From positions 1,760,001 to 1,824,000 of the forward strand of contig CAXXLZ010000002.1 in assembly GCA_963675595.2 (NCBI GenBank): a stretch of 64,000 nucleotides of DNA. Direction: 5' to 3'. Under the pieces are notes generated by a model that did not search any database, was not told the DNA's origin, and saw nothing but the letters and a program-made list of their open reading frames with translations. The translations under genes and the position numbers were made by a program. This DNA comes from Thermodesulfobacteriota bacterium (GTDB taxonomy: Bacteria > Desulfobacterota > Desulfarculia > JACQYL01). This document shows positions 10,301 through 19,721 of the stretch, in pieces. Within the stretch, counting starts at the first letter, position 1. The number at the start of each line of letters is the position of its first letter.

Positions 10301-11591
10301 CTCTCTCTATTCCGGTGAACAGTCCTATACATCTGAAACGGTGATCCCGGAACTTACGATAAACGATCTTCTCGAACGCATGAATTCGGATTTCGCCGAC
10401 GCGGGCGTAAAAATCACCGCATCCGTCAATAAGAACGGTAACGGAATCGAGTTGGTGGACACCAACGCGGCTAAAGACCGAATCGTCAACATGCGTGTAT
10501 TCGAATCCGAATCCGCCTCGGACCTCGGGATTTATAAAGAGGACCGATTGATCACCATCGACGATCGAACGAATACGATCTACTTCACCTCCCCCGCCGG
10601 CAGCGGAGGCATTACCTATAAAGCGGAGATCAACCCGGGGACATACAACGGCAATGACATGGCCGCGGCCATCAAGACGGCCATGGAACAGGCGGTGAAC
10701 ATCGACGACCTCACCGACCTGACGACTCTGGACTTCGAAGTGGAGTACCTGCCGGAGCGCGGCGTTTTCTCCATTGTTCCTTCCGGGGAGGCGGAGTTCC
10801 ACTGGGTTTCGGGGGCTCCGGACGGGGAAGGCTCCAAAGCCGCCTCGGTGTTGGGAATCACCGAAGATTGGGTCTTCTCCGGAGCCGGTCCGTTCATACC
10901 GCAATATTCCAATGAAACCGCGGGGTCCGAGGGCATTGCAGGAACCATCGTCGGCACCGACCTGAACCCGGTTCTGACCGGCTACACCGGAATCGGCGAC
11001 CTGTATGAGGGCAAAGGACTCGACCTGGGGACCATCACCATTGTCAACGGAGAGAAGGAAACCTCCGTCGACCTCTCCGGAGTCAATAACATCCAAGAAC
11101 TCATGGAGCGAATCAACTCGGCGGACGTGGGCGTGCGGGCCGTTTTCAATTCAAGGCAGAGCGCGCTTAAGATCGAGAGTCTGGTTGACGGAACCGTGCC
11201 TGTGGTGTTAAGCGAAGGAGATGATGATACGGCTCAACTCCTGGGGCTTTCCGCCGGGTACGACCTGCTGGAAACCATGAACGATTTCGCACGAGCCCTG
11301 GAAGAAAACGACGCAAACGCGCTGCAGAATGTTGTGGCGAGTCTGGACGCAAGCCTGGAGCGGCTTGAGAATTACCTGGGCGACACGGGATCACGATTGA
11401 TCAACGTGGAAGAAACAACGTCCTATCTTCAGGAGTATACCCTGAATGTCGAGACGCTGTTGACCGATACCGAGGGTGTGGACGCCACCGAAGCCATCAC
11501 CCGTTTGCTCAACCAGGAGTATGCCTACGAGGCCGCGCTGCAGACGACGGCCAATCTTCTTTCCGTCAGCTTGTTGAACTACTTGAGCTGA
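7302..11591 (+). CDS. flgL: Flagellar hook-associated protein 3, unusually large (~1430 aa)
   Basis: MRVTQNM start, flagellin-N domain with GNSYIFGG, C-terminal AYEAALQTTANLLSVSLLNYL. Lies between flgK and csrA. Confidence 0.93.
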   Translation: MRVTQNMLYQNSLSAILRNQEKVLDYQNQVNTQKRVNQASDGPLDMSRVLALREELSATVQYERNISKATSWLTATETALQEVTDLVRGARTLALAQANGTQSDDSRETAIEEVLGIIDSLINLGNTQVGNSYIFGGTRTTVTPFNSDGTYNGNGSSILSEINKAIFEQINVAGSQFLVADLNPDISEPHSSSGKLAYEYSGSASGQRAQLSNWVVSSPEDNYTYDFTVTLDDGTERKISYTTDASATQDELGRGLVRAVEQDDVLGDEIQADYEDGVLTLTAVSRDSSAGSYRLRSVISPFSTTHSQFSASSQEMKSNFVFNSTNSTLKFTETGYGLENTIADPPSGTSFSLTFGMGDITETVEVSYAAAPSGDALGADLAQAVNENTTLSEWLHASYDEDTNQFVVVAKTGVSGADDFTVTQGSGAVFDAAATLETEFDLKTFELTTNIIEDSGAVSGVAYGGQDTAKFLNEALEATSAAYGFSLSYDVEFDFVDDQETKNRFTITNVSSNDSTVELLWSDPDSSIRETLGFAALDSSDLVPGDADTSEGQVEFNILENVNDRFRINVDGGGFVTIVLTPGAYTAKELADHIQSTVNSNPAAGDVWVTFSEADGGQFTFTSKSSGTSSTVRLMAGEGAERESDFLRTIGFASEAGLSVTPSVITGSGSVDGFDVLNLEPFENPEAHEIELIYSSDPAGSPLEWHVTTDGGYLNLSVVESDDESVELDFDGDGASDLRLNISGAWSSGDVVSVELSRSYRESVAVEDGTDSVFLKDLNGGQGIGMSPPVSFTVDAFNDTIQYVDDGASLSLQIPAGDYTGEELAEVLEGQFGSGYTVSYSDGRFSILKDGGTLTLDWNDPNSTAIGLLGFEAQAASGALAYTSDYPVETIHLSVMDRAGNEAQVDMAAFEVIGSGADQNNGIYFADAGVTIRIPPGYYTGDQLASVIESRLEYYAPGNDDYSVTFRDGTFSVTNNSGNPFEISMAFGTSAADLLGFDDTSLYSGEQSYTSETVIPELTINDLLERMNSDFADAGVKITASVNKNGNGIELVDTNAAKDRIVNMRVFESESASDLGIYKEDRLITIDDRTNTIYFTSPAGSGGITYKAEINPGTYNGNDMAAAIKTAMEQAVNIDDLTDLTTLDFEVEYLPERGVFSIVPSGEAEFHWVSGAPDGEGSKAASVLGITEDWVFSGAGPFIPQYSNETAGSEGIAGTIVGTDLNPVLTGYTGIGDLYEGKGLDLGTITIVNGEKETSVDLSGVNNIQELMERINSADVGVRAVFNSRQSALKIESLVDGTVPVVLSEGDDDTAQLLGLSAGYDLLETMNDFARALEENDANALQNVVASLDASLERLENYLGDTGSRLINVEETTSYLQEYTLNVETLLTDTEGVDATEAITRLLNQEYAYEAALQTTANLLSVSLLNYLS

Positions 11592-11723
11592 CGGTGTCTT
11601 TTCAAGTAAAACCCGGCGGAGGGGAATCAGCCGGTCTCACAGCCTGAGCCGTGAGGCGCCCCTGCTTGTCCCCTGAGAAGCGGGTGTTGCGCATACGAGC
11701 ACAACGGGCCGCGGGGGACAAAG

Positions 11724-11984
11724 TTGCTTGTACTAACCCGAAAACCTGGCCAAACCATCACCATTGGTGACGACATCAAGGTCACCATTATGGAAATCAA
11801 AGGCGGGCAAGTAAAACTCGGCGTGGAAGCGCCTAAGAACATCGCCGTCTATCGAGAGGAAGTCTACCTCAAAGTGCAGCAGGAAAACGTGATCGCGGCA
11901 CAAGCCGGCGTTCCGGACCTGAAGCGCATACAGGAAGCCTGGTTGAAACAGAAGACTAAAAAGGGCGGCGGCGATGAAATTTGA
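11724..11984 (+). CDS. csrA: Carbon storage regulator CsrA with C-terminal extension
   Basis: MLVLTRK...GQVKLGVEAPKNIAVYREEVY, plus the EN-containing extension typical of FliW-paired CsrA. Confidence 0.97.
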   Translation: MLVLTRKPGQTITIGDDIKVTIMEIKGGQVKLGVEAPKNIAVYREEVYLKVQQENVIAAQAGVPDLKRIQEAWLKQKTKKGGGDEI

Positions 11985-12396
11985 GACCTCTCGATTCGGT
12001 CAAGTCGACGTCCGCGAAGACGGAATCATCCACATAAAGGATGGGATTCTTGGATTCCCTGAAGATCGCAGATTCTGTCTGTTGGAACTAGACACGGTTG
12101 GCCCTTTTAAGTGGCTTCAATCATTGGATAATTCCAATCTCGCGTTTGTAATTATCGACCCCAGGCTGTTCATCAAGGAATACGCCGTGGCCTTGGAGCC
12201 CGAGGAGGCGGAAGCCATCTCGGTGGAAGACCCGGGCGAGTGCATGGTTTACTGCATTGTGACCATCGGTTCCGATCCCTCCAACGTCACCGCGAATCTT
12301 GCGGGTCCCATTGTCATCAACGCCAGGACCCGTCAGGCGAAACAAGTAGTTCTCGTGGATTCCGGTTATTCCGTACGTCATAGGATACTGGATTGA
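11974..12396 (+). CDS. fliW: Flagellar assembly factor FliW (CsrA antagonist)
   Basis: TSRFG, GILGF, WLQS, TANLAGPIVIN, KQVVL motifs. Overlaps csrA. Confidence 0.96.
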   Translation: MKFETSRFGQVDVREDGIIHIKDGILGFPEDRRFCLLELDTVGPFKWLQSLDNSNLAFVIIDPRLFIKEYAVALEPEEAEAISVEDPGECMVYCIVTIGSDPSNVTANLAGPIVINARTRQAKQVVLVDSGYSVRHRILD

Positions 12397-12405
12397 GGTT
12401 TCGGC

Positions 12406-13320
12406 ATGATCGAGTATGTCGTTCAGAAAGGCGACACCATCGCCTCGATCACTCAACGTTTCGGCGTCACCTGGGACCGGCTTCGTAACACCAACCCCCA
12501 TGCCGTGGGGCGTCTGGAAAGTAACGGTCGCTGGTTTCTCAGAGAGAACGAAACGCTCACCCTCGACGGCGTCCCTCTGTCCGAACCCATCGGGACCTTC
12601 ACCGATGAGCTCGAAACCTGTGAGAGAGAAACCACCCTTCAAGTCCGGCCCGGCGATACGTTGTGGAGCCTTTCCAAGAAACACGGCGTCAGCGTGGACG
12701 CCATCGCCCGAGCCAACTCCATTAAGGACCCGAATACGATTTTCGCGGGTGATCTGCTCCGCATTCCTCTTGAAGAAAGCCCATCGGATTCCTTGCCCTC
12801 CGAGTCCGATGAAGTAGCGACCGCGGCCGCCTCTCCCAACGAAAATACCCCGGAGACGGTATTGGAGGCCGAAGCTCTCCCGTCTCAGGAGCCGTGGCTC
12901 GAAGACATCGGTGGAGACATCTTCCCCATGCCCCTGTACGAAGCCATGACCTCCGAGAAATCCAACGCCGTCGCTTCAACAGAGGAATCGACCGGTGCCT
13001 CGAACCAAGTCGCCGCCGCAAAGACGGTTTCTGATGAATCCTCGGAAACCTCGGAAGACGAATTCCATTTTCCACGCCTGCCGGTGGGCATTCCCGGCCT
13101 GACCTCAGAAAAAAACATTGAGTGGGGTCCCGTGTCTTTGTCGGGTCATTGCCCCGAAGGTACGGAGGAAAGGCAACTTCGTCTTCAGTACCGCCACTCA
13201 TCGAACCTCGAATCCTATCTGGGTGTGGGGCTGAAACGATATCGCCGCGACCCGGACGTCGACCCCTCGACCGAGTCTCCGGAGGTTTCCGTGCTTGTCG
13301 GATTCAAAGTGACATTCTGA
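12406..13320 (+). CDS. LysM peptidoglycan-binding domain protein (2 LysM)
   Basis: YVVQKGDTIASI and VRPGDTLWSLSKKHGVSVDAIARANSIKDPNTIFAGDLLRIP, followed by an acidic linker and a beta-rich C-terminus. Confidence 0.85.
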   Translation: MIEYVVQKGDTIASITQRFGVTWDRLRNTNPHAVGRLESNGRWFLRENETLTLDGVPLSEPIGTFTDELETCERETTLQVRPGDTLWSLSKKHGVSVDAIARANSIKDPNTIFAGDLLRIPLEESPSDSLPSESDEVATAAASPNENTPETVLEAEALPSQEPWLEDIGGDIFPMPLYEAMTSEKSNAVASTEESTGASNQVAAAKTVSDESSETSEDEFHFPRLPVGIPGLTSEKNIEWGPVSLSGHCPEGTEERQLRLQYRHSSNLESYLGVGLKRYRRDPDVDPSTESPEVSVLVGFKVTF

Positions 13321-13747
13321 CCTCCCCGTGGTCCGTGCTCCGAACCTCCTCCATAAACGTCGAGCCGAACACCCCTCCCTGTAGCCCCTCGCCGCCGTCT
13401 CGGATCCCGACGGGCCGTTCGGAATTGAACCCACCGACACGTCATGGTATGAGTAATTGAATTTTATCTTCGGCCGCCGACCTTGGCACTATTTTCGTTT
13501 TGCGGCCTTCTTCCGTTGACGAATCCGTTCACGTTTCCGGGGGATTGGTTCGTTCTATCACATCCGGATTTTCCTCGGCTCGGCACGGCTGAACGCATCG
13601 CGCAGCCCAGCTAGGGATAATCCATGCACTCGTAACCGGATCATCGGTATTCGGCTTTCCTGGGGAATGACCGAGTAACGGGGTTCGGAATCCGGCATGA
13701 CTCGGACATTGATCAACCGGCTGAGGAGCTCGCCGCAACAGGATATT

Positions 13748-15190
<1,443 letters not shown>

Positions 15191-15226
15191 ATCCGGCGCT
15201 TGTAGCGGCCGGCAGGGAGACACGTT

Positions 15227-17818
15227 TTGAGGATCGCTTTGCTCAGGACGTCGGACAGCTTTGTCATCCACGAACTTGCCAAAGCGGTCCGGAGCCGAGG
15301 GCACACTCTCAGGGAAATTCATTTCGACACCCGAAAAGAGGCCGGCCAGGAATGGGTATTATACGACTATCGCAAGTTTCTGGATGAGGTTTTCACTTTC
15401 AAACCCCAGCTGGTGCTGTCTCTGAACCACCGCGGGCTCAACGACCACGGCGGAAAGATATCACGACTCCTGTCCTTGCTGAAAATCCCCATGTTCTCAT
15501 GGCACCTGGATAGTCCTTTCTGGAATCTGGAACCCATCCTTCTTACGGACAGCCCCTACCTCACGGTATTCTGTTTCGATCGCTCATACACCGAGCCCTT
15601 AGCGCACCTCCTGAAAGAAGCCGATGTGGCTTATCTGCCCAACGCCACGGACCCCGACCTTTTCAAGCCTCTTCCGAAAAAGCATCGAGATCGCTTCGAC
15701 CTCACTTTTGTCGGAAGTCTATGTCTGAAGACCTTCCGCAAGTTGGCCGGAAAGACGCTGGGTGTTCCACGCGATCGATTTACGGAGGTGGAGTCCTTCC
15801 TCGATGAAAATCTGGAAGCCTCGTTCTCCCTGCCCGAGTTGGCCACCAAGGCCCGAGATCGGTTTCCCGACGCCCCGCAGGACCCGGACCAGGACGCCGT
15901 GTGCCGGCTGGCGGACGAATACGAAGCCTATCGATATCGGGCACGCGCCATCACCCAGTTGCGCGACCTCAGCCTCCGTGTTTACGGTTTCGACGACTGG
16001 CTCGAAATCGTCGACCCGGAACAATTTGGCGGATGGGCCGAATATTATTCCGATCTTCCCGGTATCTACGGTTCTTCCCGAATCAATCTCAATCTATCTC
16101 GCCCGCAAGTTCGTGCGGGTCTCAATCAGCGTTTCTTCGACGTTCCGGCCGCCGAAGGCTTTTTATTGACGGATTTCCGTGAAGGGCTTCTGGAAGTATT
16201 TCCGGAAGAAGGGGAGATCGCCGTCTTTCGGGGGGAGGAAGACCTGAAACGTCAGGTCGAATGGTTTCTGTCTCATCCCGAACACCGGACACGCATGGCC
16301 AAACGAGCCCGAGAGCGGGTACTCGAAGGCCACACGTACGCACACCGAATCGACGAAATGGAACGGCACTTCAAGACGTTGGGGCCCCTCCTCAAAGGAA
16401 GGGACTTCTCCTACCTCCTGCGGTTCTGGCGTGAGGACCGGGGATTCGCCGAATCCTGTCGTATGCTGGGCCAGTTCCTTTTTCACGCCGGTGACTTCCG
16501 AGGGGGCCGTTTTCTATACGAGCAACTCGATCGGATGGGAAAGGCCGACGGCGAGGTATGGCTGCGGCTCGGGGCCATCGCTTCGAGCGAGGGAGACGTT
16601 GAGACCAGCGAGGCCTACCTGTGCCGATGCTTCGACACGGATCCGGACAGCGCCGTAGCACACTCCGTGGCCGGCGTTAACGCCGAGAAGCTGGGACATT
16701 CCGCTGAAGCGCTGGCCCATTTCCGCCGATCCATCGACCTGGGCAACGCCGACCCCAATGTGCCGAATCGAGCCGCAGCCTTAAGAGAGAAACTGCAGCC
16801 GCCCATTGCCGTTGATCCTTCCCGGCCCGGTATCGCTTTTGCGCTGGATCAGGCAAACCTGCCGTTCGGCGGCGTTCGGGTAATCCTTGAATACGTTGAC
16901 CGCCTCGCCGAACGAGGGTACCGGGTCTTTCTCCTCACCCGCCGTCCCCAGTACTCGGACTGGTTTCCCCTGCGGGTGCCCGTCGTTCCCAAGGAGCATT
17001 GGGAACAAACGTTGAACGACGTCGAAGCCGTTGTTTTCAGCCAGCATGAGCTGTACAACCACATCCCCGCACGGCACGGGCTGAAGCGCATTTTCCTGGC
17101 TCAGCACTTCTTTTCCGACGCCGGGGACCAAACACGGGCGCACCGTACCTTTTCCGATCTGTCCGTCACGCTGGTTTCCGTCTCCCGTCATGTGCGGGAC
17201 GCCGTCGAAAGCGAGATGAACCGATCATCGTTGCTGATTCACAGCGGAGTCAACCGGGATCTGTTTCATCCCAGACCTGAACTTAAGCGTGTCGCCTCCG
17301 GACCGAAAATTCTTTTCTGCTATTCCGCCAATCCCCTCAAAGGAGCGGAGCACGGCATGGAGGTCATGAAGCGGATCAAGGAGGACCAGCCGAACGTTCA
17401 GCTCCGAATGTTCGGTTTCGGGCTGAGGCCCAAAGCGGAGTTCGACTTCGAATATTTCAGATTGCCGGAGCAGGAAGCGCTCGCCCGTTTGTACGCGGAT
17501 TCCGATGTATTTCTGTCCACGTCCCGCAGCGAAGGATTCGGCCTGCCTTGTTTGGAGGCCATGGCTTCGGGTTGCGCCGTGGTTTCCACGCGCAACGGCG
17601 GCAACGCCGATTTTTGCGTACACGGAGAAAACGCTCTTCTGTGCGACTACGGAGATACGGATGAGATGGCGCGTCTTGCCGCCGGGCTACTTTACGACGC
17701 GGACCTTCAAGCAAGACTCACCGAGCGCGGCCTTGAGACCGCCCTTCGATTCTCATGGGACCGGAGCGTGGACCGCATGGAAGAAGTGTGTACGTCCGCC
17801 CACCCCTCCGACGGTTGA
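15227..17818 (+). CDS. Multi-domain glycosyltransferase: CgeB-like GT + TPR + GT4
   Basis: SRINLN...NQRFFDV...FLLTD...HTYAHR (CgeB-like), central TPRs, C-terminal GGVRV and EGFGLPCLEAMASG (GT4). Confidence 0.88.
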   Translation: MRIALLRTSDSFVIHELAKAVRSRGHTLREIHFDTRKEAGQEWVLYDYRKFLDEVFTFKPQLVLSLNHRGLNDHGGKISRLLSLLKIPMFSWHLDSPFWNLEPILLTDSPYLTVFCFDRSYTEPLAHLLKEADVAYLPNATDPDLFKPLPKKHRDRFDLTFVGSLCLKTFRKLAGKTLGVPRDRFTEVESFLDENLEASFSLPELATKARDRFPDAPQDPDQDAVCRLADEYEAYRYRARAITQLRDLSLRVYGFDDWLEIVDPEQFGGWAEYYSDLPGIYGSSRINLNLSRPQVRAGLNQRFFDVPAAEGFLLTDFREGLLEVFPEEGEIAVFRGEEDLKRQVEWFLSHPEHRTRMAKRARERVLEGHTYAHRIDEMERHFKTLGPLLKGRDFSYLLRFWREDRGFAESCRMLGQFLFHAGDFRGGRFLYEQLDRMGKADGEVWLRLGAIASSEGDVETSEAYLCRCFDTDPDSAVAHSVAGVNAEKLGHSAEALAHFRRSIDLGNADPNVPNRAAALREKLQPPIAVDPSRPGIAFALDQANLPFGGVRVILEYVDRLAERGYRVFLLTRRPQYSDWFPLRVPVVPKEHWEQTLNDVEAVVFSQHELYNHIPARHGLKRIFLAQHFFSDAGDQTRAHRTFSDLSVTLVSVSRHVRDAVESEMNRSSLLIHSGVNRDLFHPRPELKRVASGPKILFCYSANPLKGAEHGMEVMKRIKEDQPNVQLRMFGFGLRPKAEFDFEYFRLPEQEALARLYADSDVFLSTSRSEGFGLPCLEAMASGCAVVSTRNGGNADFCVHGENALLCDYGDTDEMARLAAGLLYDADLQARLTERGLETALRFSWDRSVDRMEEVCTSAHPSDG

Positions 17819-17825
17819 TACCCTG

Positions 17826-17870
17826 CGATCTTCATTTGCCCGGTTTCGCATTCCGGAAGATCGATTTTTT
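17826..17870 (+). terminator. Possible intrinsic terminator after the glycosyltransferase
   Basis: CGATCTTC/GAAGATCG stem followed by a T run, but the loop is large. Confidence 0.35.
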
Positions 17871-18011
17871 GCGACCACAAAGCCGGCTTCGATTTGGAGA
17901 GCCTTACGTAGGCCGACCCGGAGGCTTCATAGCCTCCTTGGAAAGGGAGGCCGAAACCCTCCGGAGCGGTCTTACGGCCTCTGCAACAATCCGTTGAAAA
18001 AGGCCGTTTCG

Positions 18012-18134
18012 CAGGTTGGTGAAAGTCGAGACATGTCGAATGTGCCGATCCCGAGGACTCAAGGCGCACGTTGCGTACGTCCCGCCGACAAATGAGGAAG
18101 CGTAACGCCGCGGATCGCGTTTTTCACCAGCCTG
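18012..18134. repeat. MITE/REP-like non-coding element with terminal inverted repeats
   Basis: CAGGTTGGTGAAA (18012-18024) versus TTTCACCAGCCTG (18122-18134), 12/13 inverted match. A related GTTGAAAAAGG motif lies just upstream. Confidence 0.55.
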
Positions 18135-18214
18135 ATGATATGGCTGCACACGTCAATAGGGCGCAGAATTCTTCCGCCCCTTGTAACGTTGGGGTATGGC
18201 TACCATTTATGGAA

Positions 18215-18409
18215 CTTCAACCTGCGGACAGAGGCGGAACCTGCATAGCGACGGTGGATCATGCTGATATTCGCGGGTTGGTTACCGCCGGACTTGGTTC
18301 GTCGCGGAGCTGCCTCTTTCTAGAGACGAGGGTTCGGCAGATGCCAGATCTCCTATCAGGTCACGAGGATTCTCCTTACCGCGGTTGCGCCCCTGCTCAC
18401 AGGTTGAAG
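18215..18409 (-). ncRNA. Candidate bridge/seek RNA of the IS1111-type element
   Basis: A ~27-bp imperfect basal stem (18215-18241 with 18383-18409, outer 10 bp perfect) encloses segments matching the target site and the circle junction. Confidence 0.65.
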
Positions 18410-18475
18410 CCGGTGTTTTTCCCTTTTACAGTGCCGTCCTCCTTCCAAATCGAACGATATGGTGTTGATGTGAGG

Positions 18476-19582
18476 CTAAGCGGCAACGGGAACCTCTCTG
18501 GCGATCGCCCACAGAAAGGCGGCCATCTCCCTTGCAATGGCCGTGACGGCCACTTGCGACGGCTTACCCCGGGCCATCAGCCGGTGGTACCGGCCGCACA
18601 GACGCAGCTGGGCCTTCCAGCCGATCTTGCAGACCTCGGACGGCGCCTCCTCCCGCCGATCCCTCAGCCTGCGGCCCACTCGGGGCGGATAGCGATAGGT
18701 CCAGGCCCCCTGGATCAATACCCGGCGCGCATGTCCGTTGCCGGACTTGGTAATGCCTCCTTGTTTGCGCCGTCCTCCGCTGGAACTCTCCGAGGGGACC
18801 AAACCCAGATACGCCGTCAACTGCCCGGGCTCATCAAATCGCGTCATGTCGCCCACTTCGGCCACCACAGTGACGGCCACGATCAACGACACGCCTCGCA
18901 TCGATTGGAAGGCCTCCACGACCGGTTTCATAGGCCAGTGCTCCACCTGCTCGCCAATCTGCTCCACCAATCGCGCCACCCGGCGCTCGCACTCTTCAAT
19001 GGTGTCGATATACTCCTGAAAAACGATCTGCTGGGCCGGGTGTTCAAACGACTGGTCCGAAAGCCACCTCCGGTGGGCCCGGCTCCACTTCCGCGGCCCG
19101 CCGTACTTCCGACCGTGGCGCAGCAAAAAGGCGTTGAGCCGCTGTTTGGCCTTTCGCTCCGAGCTCTTGGCATCCTCCCGGGCCCTGGTCAAATCCCGTA
19201 TCGCCTCGTCCTCCACACGGGGAACATACACCCCCGTGAGTTCTCCAGCCCGATGAAGACGAGCCAGGGTGACCGCATCCCGTCGATCCGTCTTGATCCG
19301 ATCGCCGGCTCGTCGGGGCGTCAGCGAGGGCGCCACGACCGTGCAATGGATTCCCCGGGCATGCAGGTGCCGGCAAAGAACGTAGCCGCATGGGCCGGCT
19401 TCGTAGACCACCCGAAGCCGATCCTTCTTGTAGCCCAGCCGGCGAATCAATCGATCCACATCCGACGGCTCCCCGTTGATCTTGCCGTAAGATCGGACTT
19501 CTCCATCACGGGACCCTTCGGCCAGGGCAACGTCTATCGATTTCTGGTGAACATCCAATCCAACAAAGATAAAATCGGTCAT
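18476..19582 (-). CDS. IS110-family transposase/recombinase
   Basis: DEDD residues in GLDVH, YEAG and KTDRRDA; AYLGLVPSESSSGG serine loop; GITKSGN; AIAREM. AAGGAGG RBS before ATG 19582. Confidence 0.97.
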   Translation of the reverse strand: MTDFIFVGLDVHQKSIDVALAEGSRDGEVRSYGKINGEPSDVDRLIRRLGYKKDRLRVVYEAGPCGYVLCRHLHARGIHCTVVAPSLTPRRAGDRIKTDRRDAVTLARLHRAGELTGVYVPRVEDEAIRDLTRAREDAKSSERKAKQRLNAFLLRHGRKYGGPRKWSRAHRRWLSDQSFEHPAQQIVFQEYIDTIEECERRVARLVEQIGEQVEHWPMKPVVEAFQSMRGVSLIVAVTVVAEVGDMTRFDEPGQLTAYLGLVPSESSSGGRRKQGGITKSGNGHARRVLIQGAWTYRYPPRVGRRLRDRREEAPSEVCKIGWKAQLRLCGRYHRLMARGKPSQVAVTAIAREMAAFLWAIAREVPVAA

Positions 19583-19721
19583 GGCCTGCCTCCTTGGTGT
19601 TGGTTCTGTGGGCGTGCTGATTACTCGCACCATAACCCAACAACGCAGGAGATGGGCCTACTTTCCTGCACGTGCAGCCATTATGTCTAGCCTCGTCACG
19701 GCAAAGAAACCTTCACCAGCG

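Larger units (their letters stand above)
18137..19688 (-). mobile_element. IS110-family insertion sequence, IS1111-type
   Basis: Perfect 10-bp subterminal IR ATGGCTGCAC (18140-18149)/GTGCAGCCAT (19672-19681). Ends placed by the IS1111 7-nt/3-nt rule. Long non-coding region 3' of the recombinase and no target duplication. Confidence 0.88.

Noticed and set aside
13484-13498. TGGCAC-containing sigma54-like site upstream of the GGDEF gene
   Set aside because: The -12 position reads TCGT rather than TTGC, so the conserved GC is missing.
18325-18331. 7-nt CCTCGTC match between the IS non-coding RNA and the flank at 19691-19697 as a second target guide
   Set aside because: It matches the same target strand as the CCTGATAG segment, whereas bridge-RNA guides pair with opposite strands. 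Probably chance or structural.
18071-19690. 539-aa plus-strand ORF spanning the IS
   Set aside because: Antisense shadow of the transposase, with no protein-like motifs.
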